Shown here: positions 51,524 to 61,404 of the stretch, piece after piece
How positions within the stretch are numbered: the stretch's first letter is position 1
How the letters are laid out: each line of letters opens with the position of its first letter
Source of the DNA: an uncultured Gemmataceae bacterium
Lineage (GTDB): Bacteria; Planctomycetota; Planctomycetia; Gemmatales; Gemmataceae
Assembly: GCA_963750165.1 (NCBI GenBank)
Contig: CAVVPN010000010.1
Span: 160,001-224,000, forward strand
DNA length: 64,000 nucleotides
Direction of reading: 5' to 3'
Program-made: the position numbers and the translations under genes
The notes under the pieces: model-generated
The model's input: only the letters and a program-made list of their open reading frames with translations
Database searches by the model: none
Told to the model about the DNA's origin: nothing

Positions 51524-52441
51524 ATGCCTTTGACCGATTCCGTGCCGCCAGGGGAGGATCGTTTCTTGCACATCCGCGATTTGTACGCCCGGCAGGAGCC
51601 GGCGATATCGTTTGAGTTTTTCCCGCCCAGGGACGAGGCCGCCGAGGCGACGCTGTTCCGGGACACGGTGCCGGCCCTGAAACAACTGGGTCCGGCGTTC
51701 ATCTCGGTCACCTACGGCGCCGGCGGCAGCACGCGCGGCACCACGTTGCGTGTCGTCAACCGCGTCCGTCGCGAACACGGCCTGGAGGCGGTGGCGCACC
51801 TGACCTGCGTGGGTTCGACGCGCGACATGCTGCTCGGCGTGCTGGAGGAGGCGCGACAGCTGGACATCAGCGACGTGCTGGCCCTGCGCGGCGACCCGCC
51901 CAGGGACCAGAAGACGTTTCAGCCGGTCGAGGGCGGTTTTCGCTACGCGGTCGATCTGATCCGCTTCGTCAAGGATCTGGGCGGCTTCGGCGTCGGCGCG
52001 GCGTGCTACCCCGAGGGCCACGTCGAGTGCGGCGACAAGGTGCTCGACTGGGACCGCACGGTGGCCAAGGTCGAGGCCGGGGCGGAGTTCCTGATCACGC
52101 AGCTCTTCTACGACTGGAACGACTTCCTGGCGATGGAGGACTACCTGCGCCACAAGCGCGGCGTCCAGGTGCCGATCATCCCCGGTGTGCTGCCGTTCCT
52201 GAACACGGCGCAAATCAAACGCTTCACTTCACTGTGCGGCTCGAAACTGCCGCCCGACCTGCTGGCGAAGTTGGAAAAGTTCGCGCACGAGGACGAGTCG
52301 GTGCGGCAAATCGGCGTCGAGGTGTGTACGGAGATTTGCCGCCGCGCCTTGGCCCACGGCGTCCGCGGCCTGCACCTGTACTGCCTCAACCGCGTGCCCA
52401 GCAGCGCGGAGATCATCAAGAACCTGGGACTGGTGAAATGA
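51524..52441 (+). CDS. metF: Methylenetetrahydrofolate reductase
   Basis: SFEFFPP, SVTYGAGG, AHLTCVG, LALRGDPP, YPEGH, ITQLFYD. Confidence 0.95.
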   Translation: MPLTDSVPPGEDRFLHIRDLYARQEPAISFEFFPPRDEAAEATLFRDTVPALKQLGPAFISVTYGAGGSTRGTTLRVVNRVRREHGLEAVAHLTCVGSTRDMLLGVLEEARQLDISDVLALRGDPPRDQKTFQPVEGGFRYAVDLIRFVKDLGGFGVGAACYPEGHVECGDKVLDWDRTVAKVEAGAEFLITQLFYDWNDFLAMEDYLRHKRGVQVPIIPGVLPFLNTAQIKRFTSLCGSKLPPDLLAKLEKFAHEDESVRQIGVEVCTEICRRALAHGVRGLHLYCLNRVPSSAEIIKNLGLVK

Positions 52442-52447
52442 AGATGG

Positions 52448-52516
52448 ATCCACAGATGACACAGATAAAGACAAATTAAGATGTCTTTATCTGTGTCATC
52501 TGTGTCATCTGTGGAT
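52448..52516. repeat. REP-like palindrome (CCACAGATGACACAGAT type)
   Basis: ATCCACAGATGACACAGAT...ATCTGTGTCATCTGTGGAT. Confidence 0.85.
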
Positions 52517-52538
52517 GCGGTCTTTTCGGGGGGTTGAG

Positions 52539-54233
52539 ATGCACGCACGCTTGTTGTCCCTCACTCTGGCGCTGGCGCTGCCGGTCGCCGGATTGTCCCT
52601 GCTGCCCGAGGGCCGTCAGCCGGCCACGGGGAAGCCCGCGACGCTGGTCACGGGCAAGCACGGCATGGTCGTGTCGGTGTCGGCGCCGGGCAGCGACGCT
52701 GGCCTGGCCATCTTGCGGCAGGGCGGCAACGCCGTCGATGCGGCGGTCGCCACGGCGTTCGCCCTGGCGGTCACCTACCCGCCAGCCGGCAACATCGGTG
52801 GCGGCGGCTTCATGCTCGTGCATCCGCCGAAGGGTGAGCCGACCGTCTTCGAGTACCGCGAAACGGCGCCGGCCGCGGCCACGAAAACCATGTTCGCCAG
52901 GGGCGGCAGCCGTTACGGCCACAAGGTCGTCGGCGTGCCGGGGACCGTCCGCGGCCTGGCCCTGGCCCACCAGCGCTTCGGCAAGCTGCCGTGGAAAACG
53001 CTCGTGCTGCCGGCGGTCAAGCTCGCGGAAGACGGCTTCGTGCTGGACGCGGCCCTGGCGAAGTCGCTCAACCAGGTGGTCGGCAATGGTGGCGAGTTCA
53101 AGGAACTGGTGCGCGTCTTCGGCAAACCACAGGGCAAGTGGGCGACGGGTGATCGGCTGGTGCAGCCGGAGCTGGCGAAGACGCTGCGACTGATCGCGGC
53201 GCAGGGGCCGGACGCCTTCTACACCGGGGCCATCGCGGACCAACTCGTCGCCGACATGAAGACCAACGGCGGCCTCATCACCAGGCAGGATTTGGCGAAT
53301 TACAAGGCGAAGGAGCGCAGGCCCATCCACGGCAGCTACCGCGGTTACGATGTCTACGGGCCGCCGCCGCCGAGTTCGGGCGGCATTTGCCTGGTGGAAA
53401 TGCTCAACGTTCTGGAGCATTTCGAGCTGCGCAAGCTGGGCCGCTATTCGCCGCGGACGTTGCACTACATGGCCGAGACCATGCGCCGCGCTTTTCACGA
53501 TCGCGCCCTCTACCTGGGCGACCCGGACTTCACGAAGATTCCCACGCACCTGACCAGCCCGAAATACGCGGCCGAGCTGGCGAAAACCATCAACGTCAAG
53601 AAGGCGACGCGCAGCGAGGACCTCGACCGGGAGCTGCCACTGGCCGGCGAGAGCGACAGCACAACGCACTTCTCGGTGATCGACCGGGACGGCCTGGCGG
53701 TGGCGAACACGTACACGCTGGAGCACAGCTACGGCTCGCGCGTTGTTGTGAAGGGTGCGGGCTTCCTGCTCAACAACGAGATGATGGACTTCAACTGGAA
53801 GCCGGGCGTCACCACGAAAAAGGGCGGCATCGGTACGGAGCCGAACACCATCGCGCCGGGCAAGCGCATGCTCAGCTCGCAGACGCCGACCATCGTGGCG
53901 AAGGACGGCAAGGTGCTGCTGGTGACCGGCAGCCCCGGCAGCCGCACCATCATCAACACGGTGCTGTGCGTCGTCGTCAACGTGATCGACTTCGATATGG
54001 ACATTCAGGCGGCGGTGGACGCGCCGCGGCTTCATCATCAGTGGTTCCCCGATGAGCTGGCGTTCGAGGGTGTCAAGGAGCACGCCGCGACAGTCAAGGC
54101 GCTGCGGGCACTGGGCCACACCGTCGTTAGTCGGCGGCAGGGCGACGCGCATTCCATCTGGGTCAACCCGAAGACCGGCGAGTACGTCGGCGCGGCCGAC
54201 CGGCGCATCAACGGCAAGGCGTCGGGGTATTAG
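52539..54233 (+). CDS. ggt: Gamma-glutamyltransferase
   Basis: GGNAVDAAVA, GNIGGGGF, PPPSSGG, catalytic TTHFS, LNNEM.DF, PGKRMLSS, PRLHHQW.PD. Confidence 0.96.
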   Translation: MHARLLSLTLALALPVAGLSLLPEGRQPATGKPATLVTGKHGMVVSVSAPGSDAGLAILRQGGNAVDAAVATAFALAVTYPPAGNIGGGGFMLVHPPKGEPTVFEYRETAPAAATKTMFARGGSRYGHKVVGVPGTVRGLALAHQRFGKLPWKTLVLPAVKLAEDGFVLDAALAKSLNQVVGNGGEFKELVRVFGKPQGKWATGDRLVQPELAKTLRLIAAQGPDAFYTGAIADQLVADMKTNGGLITRQDLANYKAKERRPIHGSYRGYDVYGPPPPSSGGICLVEMLNVLEHFELRKLGRYSPRTLHYMAETMRRAFHDRALYLGDPDFTKIPTHLTSPKYAAELAKTINVKKATRSEDLDRELPLAGESDSTTHFSVIDRDGLAVANTYTLEHSYGSRVVVKGAGFLLNNEMMDFNWKPGVTTKKGGIGTEPNTIAPGKRMLSSQTPTIVAKDGKVLLVTGSPGSRTIINTVLCVVVNVIDFDMDIQAAVDAPRLHHQWFPDELAFEGVKEHAATVKALRALGHTVVSRRQGDAHSIWVNPKTGEYVGAADRRINGKASGY

Positions 54234-54238
54234 AAGCA

Positions 54239-54310
54239 ATGGCGAGCGGCGCGGCGTCAGCCCGCCGGTGCTTCAAGTCACCGGCGGGCTGACGCCGCGC
54301 CGCTCGCCAT
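54239..54310. repeat. REP-like perfect palindrome between convergent genes
   Basis: ATGGCGAGCGGCGCGGCGTCAGCCCGCCGGTG-loop-CACCGGCGGGCTGACGCCGCGCCGCTCGCCAT. Confidence 0.9.
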
Positions 54311-54316
54311 CGACCT

Positions 54317-54637
54317 TTACGCCGAGGCTTCCAGATCCTTCGGCTTCGGCAGCAATCCCAGGCTGCGCAGCGCCGCGATGTGCTTGCAGCGGCCATCGCC
54401 GCCCGCCTGCACGGGGCAGTGGAACCATACATACGACGGGCATGTACACGACTGCCGCGGGATGTCGATGTCGTAGACATTGCCGCTGCGCCAGTTGATG
54501 AGGCGGTAGCGCCTGTCGAGGCGCAGGACGGTGTATGACACGCGGTTGATCTTCAGGTGGTGATGCCGGCGGCTGACCCAGCGACAGGTTCCGGTGACCG
54601 GCGGCATCGGCCGATGTGGTGGTGTGGTTGTGGACAT
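54317..54637 (-). CDS. SWIM zinc-finger protein
   Basis: Y.I....SCTCPSY...CKHIAAL; GGAGGAG RBS. Confidence 0.8.
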   Translation of the reverse strand: MSTTTPPHRPMPPVTGTCRWVSRRHHHLKINRVSYTVLRLDRRYRLINWRSGNVYDIDIPRQSCTCPSYVWFHCPVQAGGDGRCKHIAALRSLGLLPKPKDLEASA

Positions 54638-54763
54638 GATGCACTCCTCCTTCTCCCTACCCTTCCTGACCTCCTGAAATTCTTGTGACGTGGAGGTGGT
54701 GATAGGTTGATTGTGGCCCTGCGCCAGCCCAAAAGCGAGGTCGGTAGGTCGGCCCGGAGCCGG

Positions 54764-57241
54764 TCAGGGGACGGCCCGCAACCGGCTCAGCGCCGCCTGC
54801 GCCGCCCGGGTCAGCCGCACCCCGGGCGCGCCGCCGGCCCACTCGGTCAGCACCTGCCGCGCCGCCGGGGTTCCCGCCAGTTCCAGCGCCTGCACCGCCC
54901 GGTCCTGGCGCAACTGCTCCACCGTCGGCGATCCGTCGAGCGCCTCCAGTAGTTTGGCGACCCGCTGACGCACCTCCGCCGTCGGCGGCTTGTGCTGCAC
55001 TGCCTCCAGTTCCGCCCGCGCCAGATCCCCGGCCGCGGCCAGGCTTTTGGTGGCGGCGTCGCGCACCTTGAAGTTGCCGCTGTTCAGCTCCTCGATCCAT
55101 TGCCGTAGTCGCTCCCGCGGCAGCGGTTGCACGGGCACCACCTTCGCCCGCAACAGCGCCGGCCCCTTGGGATCCTCGGCCAGCGTCCACACGGCCCGGA
55201 ACGCCGGCAGGGCCTGGTCTGCCCGCAGGTCCGCCCAGCACTGCTCCAGCTCCACCCTGGCCCCGGGCGCCGGCCGCAGCGACCACACCAGCGCCTGCCC
55301 GTCGCGGCCGCACGACAGCAGCGTCCGCCCGTCCGTTCCGAACGCAACGTCTTCCACGTCCCCCTCGTGGCCGGGCAACCGCAGCAGTTCCTGGCCGCTG
55401 GCCACCTCCCAGAGCCGCACGCCCGCGTCCGCTCCGCCCGTCGCCAGCCAGCGGCCGTCCGGCGAAAAGGCCAGCGCGCTCACGCTCAGGCCACGCAGGG
55501 CCAGGATTGGGTTGTCGAAGGTCGCCGTCGCCTGGAACTGCCGCAGCGGTTTCCCCGTGGCGCCGTCGCAGAGGGTGACGACGCCGTAGTGTTCCGCCAC
55601 CGCCAGCGTGCGGCCGTCGGGTGCGAACGCCAGCCGCTGAACGGAAACCCCGTTTTCTCCCACCCTGGAGTTGAACCGCTGTCGGTAGCGCTCCTGGCCG
55701 CTGTCCACGTCCACGCAGACGGCGTACGGCCCGCCGACCGCCACCGCCACGCCCTTGGCGTCCGGCGTCAGCGCCGCCGGGCCGGTGCGCCGCTTCCAGA
55801 CGGACTTGCCGGTCGCCAGATCCCACAGTTTCGTCTCGTGTTCATGGTGACCGAGCATGAGCAGGCGACCGTCCAGGCTGAATTGCACCTGGTAGATGTA
55901 GGCCCGGTCGTACTCCTTGCCCCAACGCAGCGACCGCCCCGGCTTGCCGGTGGCGGCCTCCCAGAACTGCACCACGCCGGAGGGCAGCGCCGCCGCCACC
56001 TCCTTGCCATCCGGCGTGAAGGCCACGCGGAGGACCGCCGGCCCCGCCGCCCGCAGCACGCGCAGCCGCTTGCCGCTGGTCGCGTCCCACAACTCCAGCC
56101 GGCCCGCGGCGTCGCCGACCGCCGCGCGGCGCCCATCCGGCGCCAGGGCCGCATACGTCCAGCCCACGAACGCCGCGGGCGCCGCCAGCTCCTTGCCGGT
56201 CTGCGCGTCCCAGCGGCGGATGAGGCCGTCCGCTCCGACCGACACGAGTATCTTGCCGCCTGGCAGGGCGTGGAGGTTGTTCACGCCGCCGGGGTGTTTC
56301 GACAGCGGCGGTAGTGCTTTTTTCGCCGCCCAATCCCAGCGGTGGACGACGCCGCCCACGGTCGCCAGCCACAGCGTCTTGCCGTCCGACAGGAAGCCGA
56401 CGCGGTAGATGGCTCGCGACTGCCGCCCCACTTGTTGCCAGGCGGAACCCGGCAGCGGGAACGCCGCCAGCACGTTGCCGCCCGGCAGGGCGCGCACCTG
56501 GATTTCCTTGTTGTCGTCTACCACCGCCAGTGTTCGGCCGTCCGGTGCGAACGCCGCGGCCTGGGAGTGGGTTAAAATCAGGCCAACCTTCCAACGAGCG
56601 AGTATCTCCCCCGTGGCCGCGTCCCCCAGGACGACGGCCCGTTCCGACGCGTCGCTGCGGACAAAGATCCCGCCGTCCGGCGACAGCAGGGCGAGCCTGC
56701 CGACGGGGAGCGCACGGACTTCCTTCCCGGTCGCCACGTCCAGGAAGACGGTGCGCTTCGTCCGGGTCAGCACGAGTTGGGCGCCGTCGGCCGAGAAGCG
56801 GCAAAAGTGACTGGAAAACCCGTCGCGCTCGGCGAAATCGATGGTGAAGCGCCGCACCTCCTTGCCGGTCGCCACGTCCAGAACGCAGGCCAGGCCCGAA
56901 TGGCGGAGGTAGCCCAGGCGCTTACCGTCCGGGGAGAACGTGAGCCCCGGCTGGGTGTACCAGAACTGGTCGTCGAACGAAAAGCGCTGCCGCACCCTGC
57001 CGCTGGCCAGGTCCCAGACGACGACGGAGTAATGGCCGGCGGTGGCCAGCAACTTGCCGTCCGGCGACAGCGCCGAATTGCTGATGCCGTCGCCGTGCCG
57101 CCATGCCACGCTGCCAAGGCGGAACAGCGCCCCCGGCGGTAGTGCGTGGCCGTCGGCGTCGGTGCGCGGCGGCTGGGCCCGCAGGCCGCCCGCGGTCACG
57201 GTCAGGGTGAGTGCCAGCACGAACGGAAGGGGACGCGGCAT
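54764..57241 (-). CDS. Secreted WD40-repeat protein (Gemmataceae type)
   Basis: D..G..LPPGA..RLG start, repeated AFSPDG...WD units, C-terminal RAVQALE..GTP.AR..L..WA.G. Confidence 0.9.
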   Translation of the reverse strand: MPRPLPFVLALTLTVTAGGLRAQPPRTDADGHALPPGALFRLGSVAWRHGDGISNSALSPDGKLLATAGHYSVVVWDLASGRVRQRFSFDDQFWYTQPGLTFSPDGKRLGYLRHSGLACVLDVATGKEVRRFTIDFAERDGFSSHFCRFSADGAQLVLTRTKRTVFLDVATGKEVRALPVGRLALLSPDGGIFVRSDASERAVVLGDAATGEILARWKVGLILTHSQAAAFAPDGRTLAVVDDNKEIQVRALPGGNVLAAFPLPGSAWQQVGRQSRAIYRVGFLSDGKTLWLATVGGVVHRWDWAAKKALPPLSKHPGGVNNLHALPGGKILVSVGADGLIRRWDAQTGKELAAPAAFVGWTYAALAPDGRRAAVGDAAGRLELWDATSGKRLRVLRAAGPAVLRVAFTPDGKEVAAALPSGVVQFWEAATGKPGRSLRWGKEYDRAYIYQVQFSLDGRLLMLGHHEHETKLWDLATGKSVWKRRTGPAALTPDAKGVAVAVGGPYAVCVDVDSGQERYRQRFNSRVGENGVSVQRLAFAPDGRTLAVAEHYGVVTLCDGATGKPLRQFQATATFDNPILALRGLSVSALAFSPDGRWLATGGADAGVRLWEVASGQELLRLPGHEGDVEDVAFGTDGRTLLSCGRDGQALVWSLRPAPGARVELEQCWADLRADQALPAFRAVWTLAEDPKGPALLRAKVVPVQPLPRERLRQWIEELNSGNFKVRDAATKSLAAAGDLARAELEAVQHKPPTAEVRQRVAKLLEALDGSPTVEQLRQDRAVQALELAGTPAARQVLTEWAGGAPGVRLTRAAQAALSRLRAVP

Positions 57242-57290
57242 GGGCAACCTCGGGAAAGGAATGGGATTCTTCCTGCCCAGAGTATCATAG

Positions 57291-57471
57291 AGCGCGTGGC
57301 GGTTGGGTGTAGCGGTGTCTTGGCCCCGGAGGGGCTAGCGCGCGTGGCGTTCGGGTGAAGCGGTGCCGGCTGCTGCCAGTCCGGGACAAGGAACCCGTCA
57401 TGGGATAGGTGTAAAGTGGCAAAGTGGCAAAGTGGCAAACTCACCCACTACACCCGAACGCCACCCGCGCT
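57291..57471. repeat. Intergenic inverted repeats enclosing (AAAGTGGC)x3
   Basis: AGCGCG.GTGGCGTTCGGGTG pairs with CACCCGAACGCCAC.CGCGCT; tandem octamer at 57413-57436. Confidence 0.65.
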
Positions 57472-57502
57472 GAGATACCGCCACCGCCGGCCGGCACGCG
57501 CG

Positions 57503-58138
57503 CTAGGATTCCTTCTCCGCCCGATCCGCCAACTCCGTCAAGTCCGCGACCTGCAAGTCCGCCGCGCCCGGCCGGCAGTGCGGCCGCTGCACGAACACCG
57601 TCGTCAACTTGAACTCCTTGGCCGGCTTCAGGTCATAGTCCGCATACGCCGAGGCGTGCCACCATTGCGGCCCCGGCGCCACGCCCAGCCGGTCGGACAC
57701 CTTCTGCCAGAACGCCAGGGCCGGCTTGTACACCTTCACCTGCTCGGCACACACCCAGTCCGTCAGCGGAAAGCCGAGCTGCACCTGCACCTGCTCGCCG
57801 TTGACGCAGTCGCTGTTGGTCATGGCCACCACCTGGGCCACGCCCTTGAGCCGCCGCAGCGCGTCGCGCGCGTCCGGGAACAGCGGCCACTTACCGATCC
57901 CCTCCGCGACCGCCTTCGCCTCGTCGGCGCTCAGCCCCAGCGCCCGTTGCAGGCTCGCGGCCATGATCTCGGCATACGGCTGGAACGTCCCCGCCTCGTC
58001 CGCCTCCTGTGCCGCCAGCACGCGCTCGAAATCCTTGTCGGTCAGCTGATGGTGCTGTTCCGCCAGCGCGGCGCTCAGGCCCGTTTGCCAGTCGATCAGG
58101 GTGCCGAACACGTCGAACGTCAATAACAATGGCCGCAT
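57503..58138 (-). CDS. HAD-superfamily hydrolase (2-haloacid dehalogenase-like)
   Basis: TFDVFGTLIDW, WP.FPD, MTNSD, YKP, WWH.S...YD..PA. Confidence 0.88.
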   Translation of the reverse strand: MRPLLLTFDVFGTLIDWQTGLSAALAEQHHQLTDKDFERVLAAQEADEAGTFQPYAEIMAASLQRALGLSADEAKAVAEGIGKWPLFPDARDALRRLKGVAQVVAMTNSDCVNGEQVQVQLGFPLTDWVCAEQVKVYKPALAFWQKVSDRLGVAPGPQWWHASAYADYDLKPAKEFKLTTVFVQRPHCRPGAADLQVADLTELADRAEKES

Positions 58139-58263
58139 CGCATTCTCCAGGTTGACAACGCCGCGCCGGTGTGGGACAAACGGCTGTGGCCCACGCGGCG
58201 CCCGACCGCGCGGCGGCCGACGGCTTCCGATGCTCATTTTATGCCCTTGCGAGTCGGCTCTCC

Positions 58264-59535
58264 ATGAAGGACGTTCTCTCCCTCATCCTGGGCGGCGGCC
58301 GCGGCGCCCGGCTCTACCCGCTGACCAAGCACCGCAGCGAGCCGGCCGTGCCCATCGCCGGCAAGTATCGGTTGATCGACATCCCGATCAGCAACTGCAT
58401 CAACAGCGGCCTGCAGCGCATGTACGTGCTCACGCAGTACCTCAGCGTCAGCCTGCACCGCCACATCGCCAACACCTACAAGTTCGACCCGTTCGGCAGC
58501 AGTTTCGTGGAAGTGCTGCCCGCCCAGCAGACCAACGAGGCCGCCGACTGGTATCGCGGCACCGCCGACGCCGTACGCCAGAACATTCGCTATGTCCACG
58601 ACGACCCCTGCGAGGACGTGCTCATCCTGAGTGGCGATCAGCTCTACCGTATGGACCTCCGCCAGCTGCTGGCCACGCACAAGGCCAGCGCAGCCGACGT
58701 GACCCTGGCGGTGGTGCCGGTCACCGCCGCCCAGGCGGCCCACCTGGGCGTCGTCCGCCTCGACGAGACGCTGCGCGTCGTCGAACTGGTCGAGAAGCCG
58801 CAGGCAGCCCAGCTGGCCGCCTTGCGGACGGCCCCGAGCTTCCTGCAGCGCTTCGGCTGCCCCAGTCCCGGCCGCGACTACCTCGCCAACATGGGCATTT
58901 ACCTGTACCGCCGCGAGGCGCTGATCGGCCTGTTGAATGGCCAGCCGCGGGCGCACGACTTCGTGACGCAGTTGCTGGCGGGCAGCCTCCGGTCGCATCG
59001 CCTGCAGGCGCACCTGTACAACGGCTACTGGGAGGACGTGGGCAGCATCACGACCTATCATAAGGCCAGCCTGGCGCTGGCGAGCGACCGGCCGCCGTTC
59101 GACTTTTACAGCCCCGAGGGCATCATTTACACGCGCATGCGCAACCTGCCAGCGTCGCAAGTGCAGGCAGCGCATTTGCAGCAGTGCCTGATTAGCGACG
59201 GCTGTGTGGTGCAGGCGGGCACGCGGCTGGAGCGCTGCATCGTCGGTGTCCGCAGCCACATCGGCCGCGACGTGATGCTGCGCGATACGGTGGTCATCGG
59301 CGCCGACGACTACGAGGACGAGGTGACGCGCGTGGCGAGTGTGCCGGCGCTGGGCATCGGTGACGGCTGCGTGATCGAGCGGGCCATCCTCGACAAGGAC
59401 TGCCGCATCGGCCGCCGGGTGCAACTCGTCAACCGCCGCGGCCTGGACAACGACGAGGGCGACAACTACGTCATCCGCGACGGCATCATCGTCATCCCGA
59501 ACGGGGCCGTCGTGCCGGATGGGACGGTTATTTAG
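58264..59535 (+). CDS. glgC: ADP-glucose pyrophosphorylase family protein (variant active-site motif)
   Basis: GGGRG.RL.PLT, PAVP.AGKYRLIDIP.SNC.NS, GTADAV, ILSGDQLYRMD, YWED.G, left-handed beta-helix tail. Confidence 0.9.
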   Translation: MKDVLSLILGGGRGARLYPLTKHRSEPAVPIAGKYRLIDIPISNCINSGLQRMYVLTQYLSVSLHRHIANTYKFDPFGSSFVEVLPAQQTNEAADWYRGTADAVRQNIRYVHDDPCEDVLILSGDQLYRMDLRQLLATHKASAADVTLAVVPVTAAQAAHLGVVRLDETLRVVELVEKPQAAQLAALRTAPSFLQRFGCPSPGRDYLANMGIYLYRREALIGLLNGQPRAHDFVTQLLAGSLRSHRLQAHLYNGYWEDVGSITTYHKASLALASDRPPFDFYSPEGIIYTRMRNLPASQVQAAHLQQCLISDGCVVQAGTRLERCIVGVRSHIGRDVMLRDTVVIGADDYEDEVTRVASVPALGIGDGCVIERAILDKDCRIGRRVQLVNRRGLDNDEGDNYVIRDGIIVIPNGAVVPDGTVI

Positions 59536-59622
59536 TCAGGAGTCAGGAGTCAGAAGTCAGAAGTCAGAATTGATTTTTCTGCCGCTTGTGGCTTAGCGCT
59601 GACTTCTGACTCCTGACCTCTG
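59534..59622. repeat. Short tandem heptamer repeats (AGTCAGR) with inverted copies
   Basis: AGTCAG(G/A) x5, then CTGACTT/CTGACTC/CTGACCT. Confidence 0.8.
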
Positions 59623-59639
59623 AGACAGGAGGTTTCTCA

Positions 59640-61163
59640 GTGTCCGTTTCCCCCTCCGCTCCCCCGCCCGCGCCGCGTCGGCCGCAGCGTTCCGCCGGCA
59701 TTCTGCTCCATCCCACGTCCCTGCCTGGCCCCTATGGCATCGGTGACCTGGGCCAGTCCGCCTTCGAGTGGATCGACCTGCTCGTCGCGGCCAAACAGAA
59801 GTGGTGGCAAATCCTGCCGCTCGGCCCGACCGGCTTCGGTGACTCGCCCTACCAGTGCTTCTCCGCCTTCGCCGGCAACCCCTATCTGGTCAACCCCGAC
59901 GGGTTGCTGCGCGACGGCCTGCTGGCGCCCACCGATGTGCAGGGCGCCCGCTTCCCCGCGGAGTACGTCGATTTCGGCCCGGTCATTCAGTTCAAGCTGC
60001 GGATCACGGCCCGGGCGTGGGAGCATTTCAAGGCCGGCCAGGCGCAGGCGCTGCGGCGGCCGTTCGCCGAGTTCTGCAAACAGCACGCCGCCTGGCTCGA
60101 CGACTTCGCCCTGTTCATGGCCCTGAAGGACGCGCACGGCGGCAAAAGCTGGCTGGACTGGGAGCCGGAACTGGTCCGCCGCCAGCCCGCCACCCTGGCG
60201 CAGGCGAAACAGCGGCTGGCCGACGGCGCCGGTCTGCACCAGTTCCGTCAGTTCCTGTTCTTCCGCCAGTGGCGAGCCGTCAAGGACTACGCGGGGCAGC
60301 GCGGTGTCCGCCTCATCGGCGACATCCCCATCTTCGTCTCGGCCGACTCCGCGGACGTGTGGGCCAACCCTGAACTGTTCCTGCTCGGCGCCGACCGCAG
60401 GCCGCGCTTCGTCGCCGGGGTGCCGCCGGACTACTTCTCGGCGACCGGTCAACTCTGGGGCAACCCGCTCTACGACTGGGTGGCACTCAAGCGGACGGGC
60501 TACGCCTGGTGGGCGGCCCGTCTGCGCGCCACCCTGCAGATGGTGGACCTGGTGCGGCTCGACCATTTCCGCGGCTTCGAGGCGGCCTGGCACGTGCCCG
60601 CGGGCAAACCGACCGCCGAGGTCGGCGAATGGCTGCCAGGGCCGGGCAGCGACCTGTTTCACGCGCTGCGCCAGGCCCTGGACGGTAAATTGCCGCTGAT
60701 CGCCGAGGACCTGGGCGTCATCACGCCCGGTGTCGAGAAGTTGCGCGACGAGCTGAACCTGCCCGGCATGCGCATCTTGCAGTTCGCCTTCGACAGCGAC
60801 ACCAACAACCGCTTCCTGCCACACCACTATGAGCACAACACCGCCGTCTACACCGGCACGCATGACAACGACACGACCTGGGGTTGGTATCGGTCGCAGC
60901 CAGAGCACACGCGCGACTTCGCCCGCCGCTATCTGGGCCGCGACGGCAACGACATCACCTGGGACCTGATCCGGGCAGCGTGGTCGTCGGTCGCGGACTG
61001 GGCGCTGGCGCCGCTACAGGATTTTCTGAACCTGGGCACCGAGGGGCGCATGAACCTGCCAGGTCGGCCGGCCGGCAACTGGGGCTGGCGTTTCACCAGC
61101 GGCCAGGTGACGCCGGGCGTCGTCGAGCGCATCAAGCAGATGACGGAGTTGTATTCGCGCTAA
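59640..61163 (+). CDS. malQ: 4-alpha-glucanotransferase (GH77)
   Basis: GILLHPTSLPG, WQILPLGP, SPYQ, GVPPDYFS.TGQ.WGNP, RLDHFRGF, IAEDLG, YTGTHDNDT. Confidence 0.96.
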   Translation: MSVSPSAPPPAPRRPQRSAGILLHPTSLPGPYGIGDLGQSAFEWIDLLVAAKQKWWQILPLGPTGFGDSPYQCFSAFAGNPYLVNPDGLLRDGLLAPTDVQGARFPAEYVDFGPVIQFKLRITARAWEHFKAGQAQALRRPFAEFCKQHAAWLDDFALFMALKDAHGGKSWLDWEPELVRRQPATLAQAKQRLADGAGLHQFRQFLFFRQWRAVKDYAGQRGVRLIGDIPIFVSADSADVWANPELFLLGADRRPRFVAGVPPDYFSATGQLWGNPLYDWVALKRTGYAWWAARLRATLQMVDLVRLDHFRGFEAAWHVPAGKPTAEVGEWLPGPGSDLFHALRQALDGKLPLIAEDLGVITPGVEKLRDELNLPGMRILQFAFDSDTNNRFLPHHYEHNTAVYTGTHDNDTTWGWYRSQPEHTRDFARRYLGRDGNDITWDLIRAAWSSVADWALAPLQDFLNLGTEGRMNLPGRPAGNWGWRFTSGQVTPGVVERIKQMTELYSR

Positions 61164-61261
61164 TAGCCGGGCCTTATCTGACCCCGTTTCTAGAACGGTT
61201 CACGCACGGTTTGCGCACAAGTGGCGGCGGGCACGGGCTGACCTCCAGCGGCCTGCGCTGC

Positions 61262-61314
61262 CACAGCAAGGGGGCCAAGGAGGCCAAGGGGGCCAACTTT
61301 TTCACACGTCGAGA
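61262..61314 (+). repeat. Dispersed ~50-bp repeat, copy 3
   Basis: GC-AAGGGGGCC-AAGGAGGCC-AAGGGGGCC-AACTTTTTCACACGTCGAGA. Confidence 0.85.
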
Positions 61315-61404
61315 TTCGAGCCTGGGAGCGGCTCGCGCAGTTTGCAGGACGGTTCGGGAGCACGGGCCTGCCCTTCGTGGTCCACACCACTGCGAACCGC
61401 GCTA

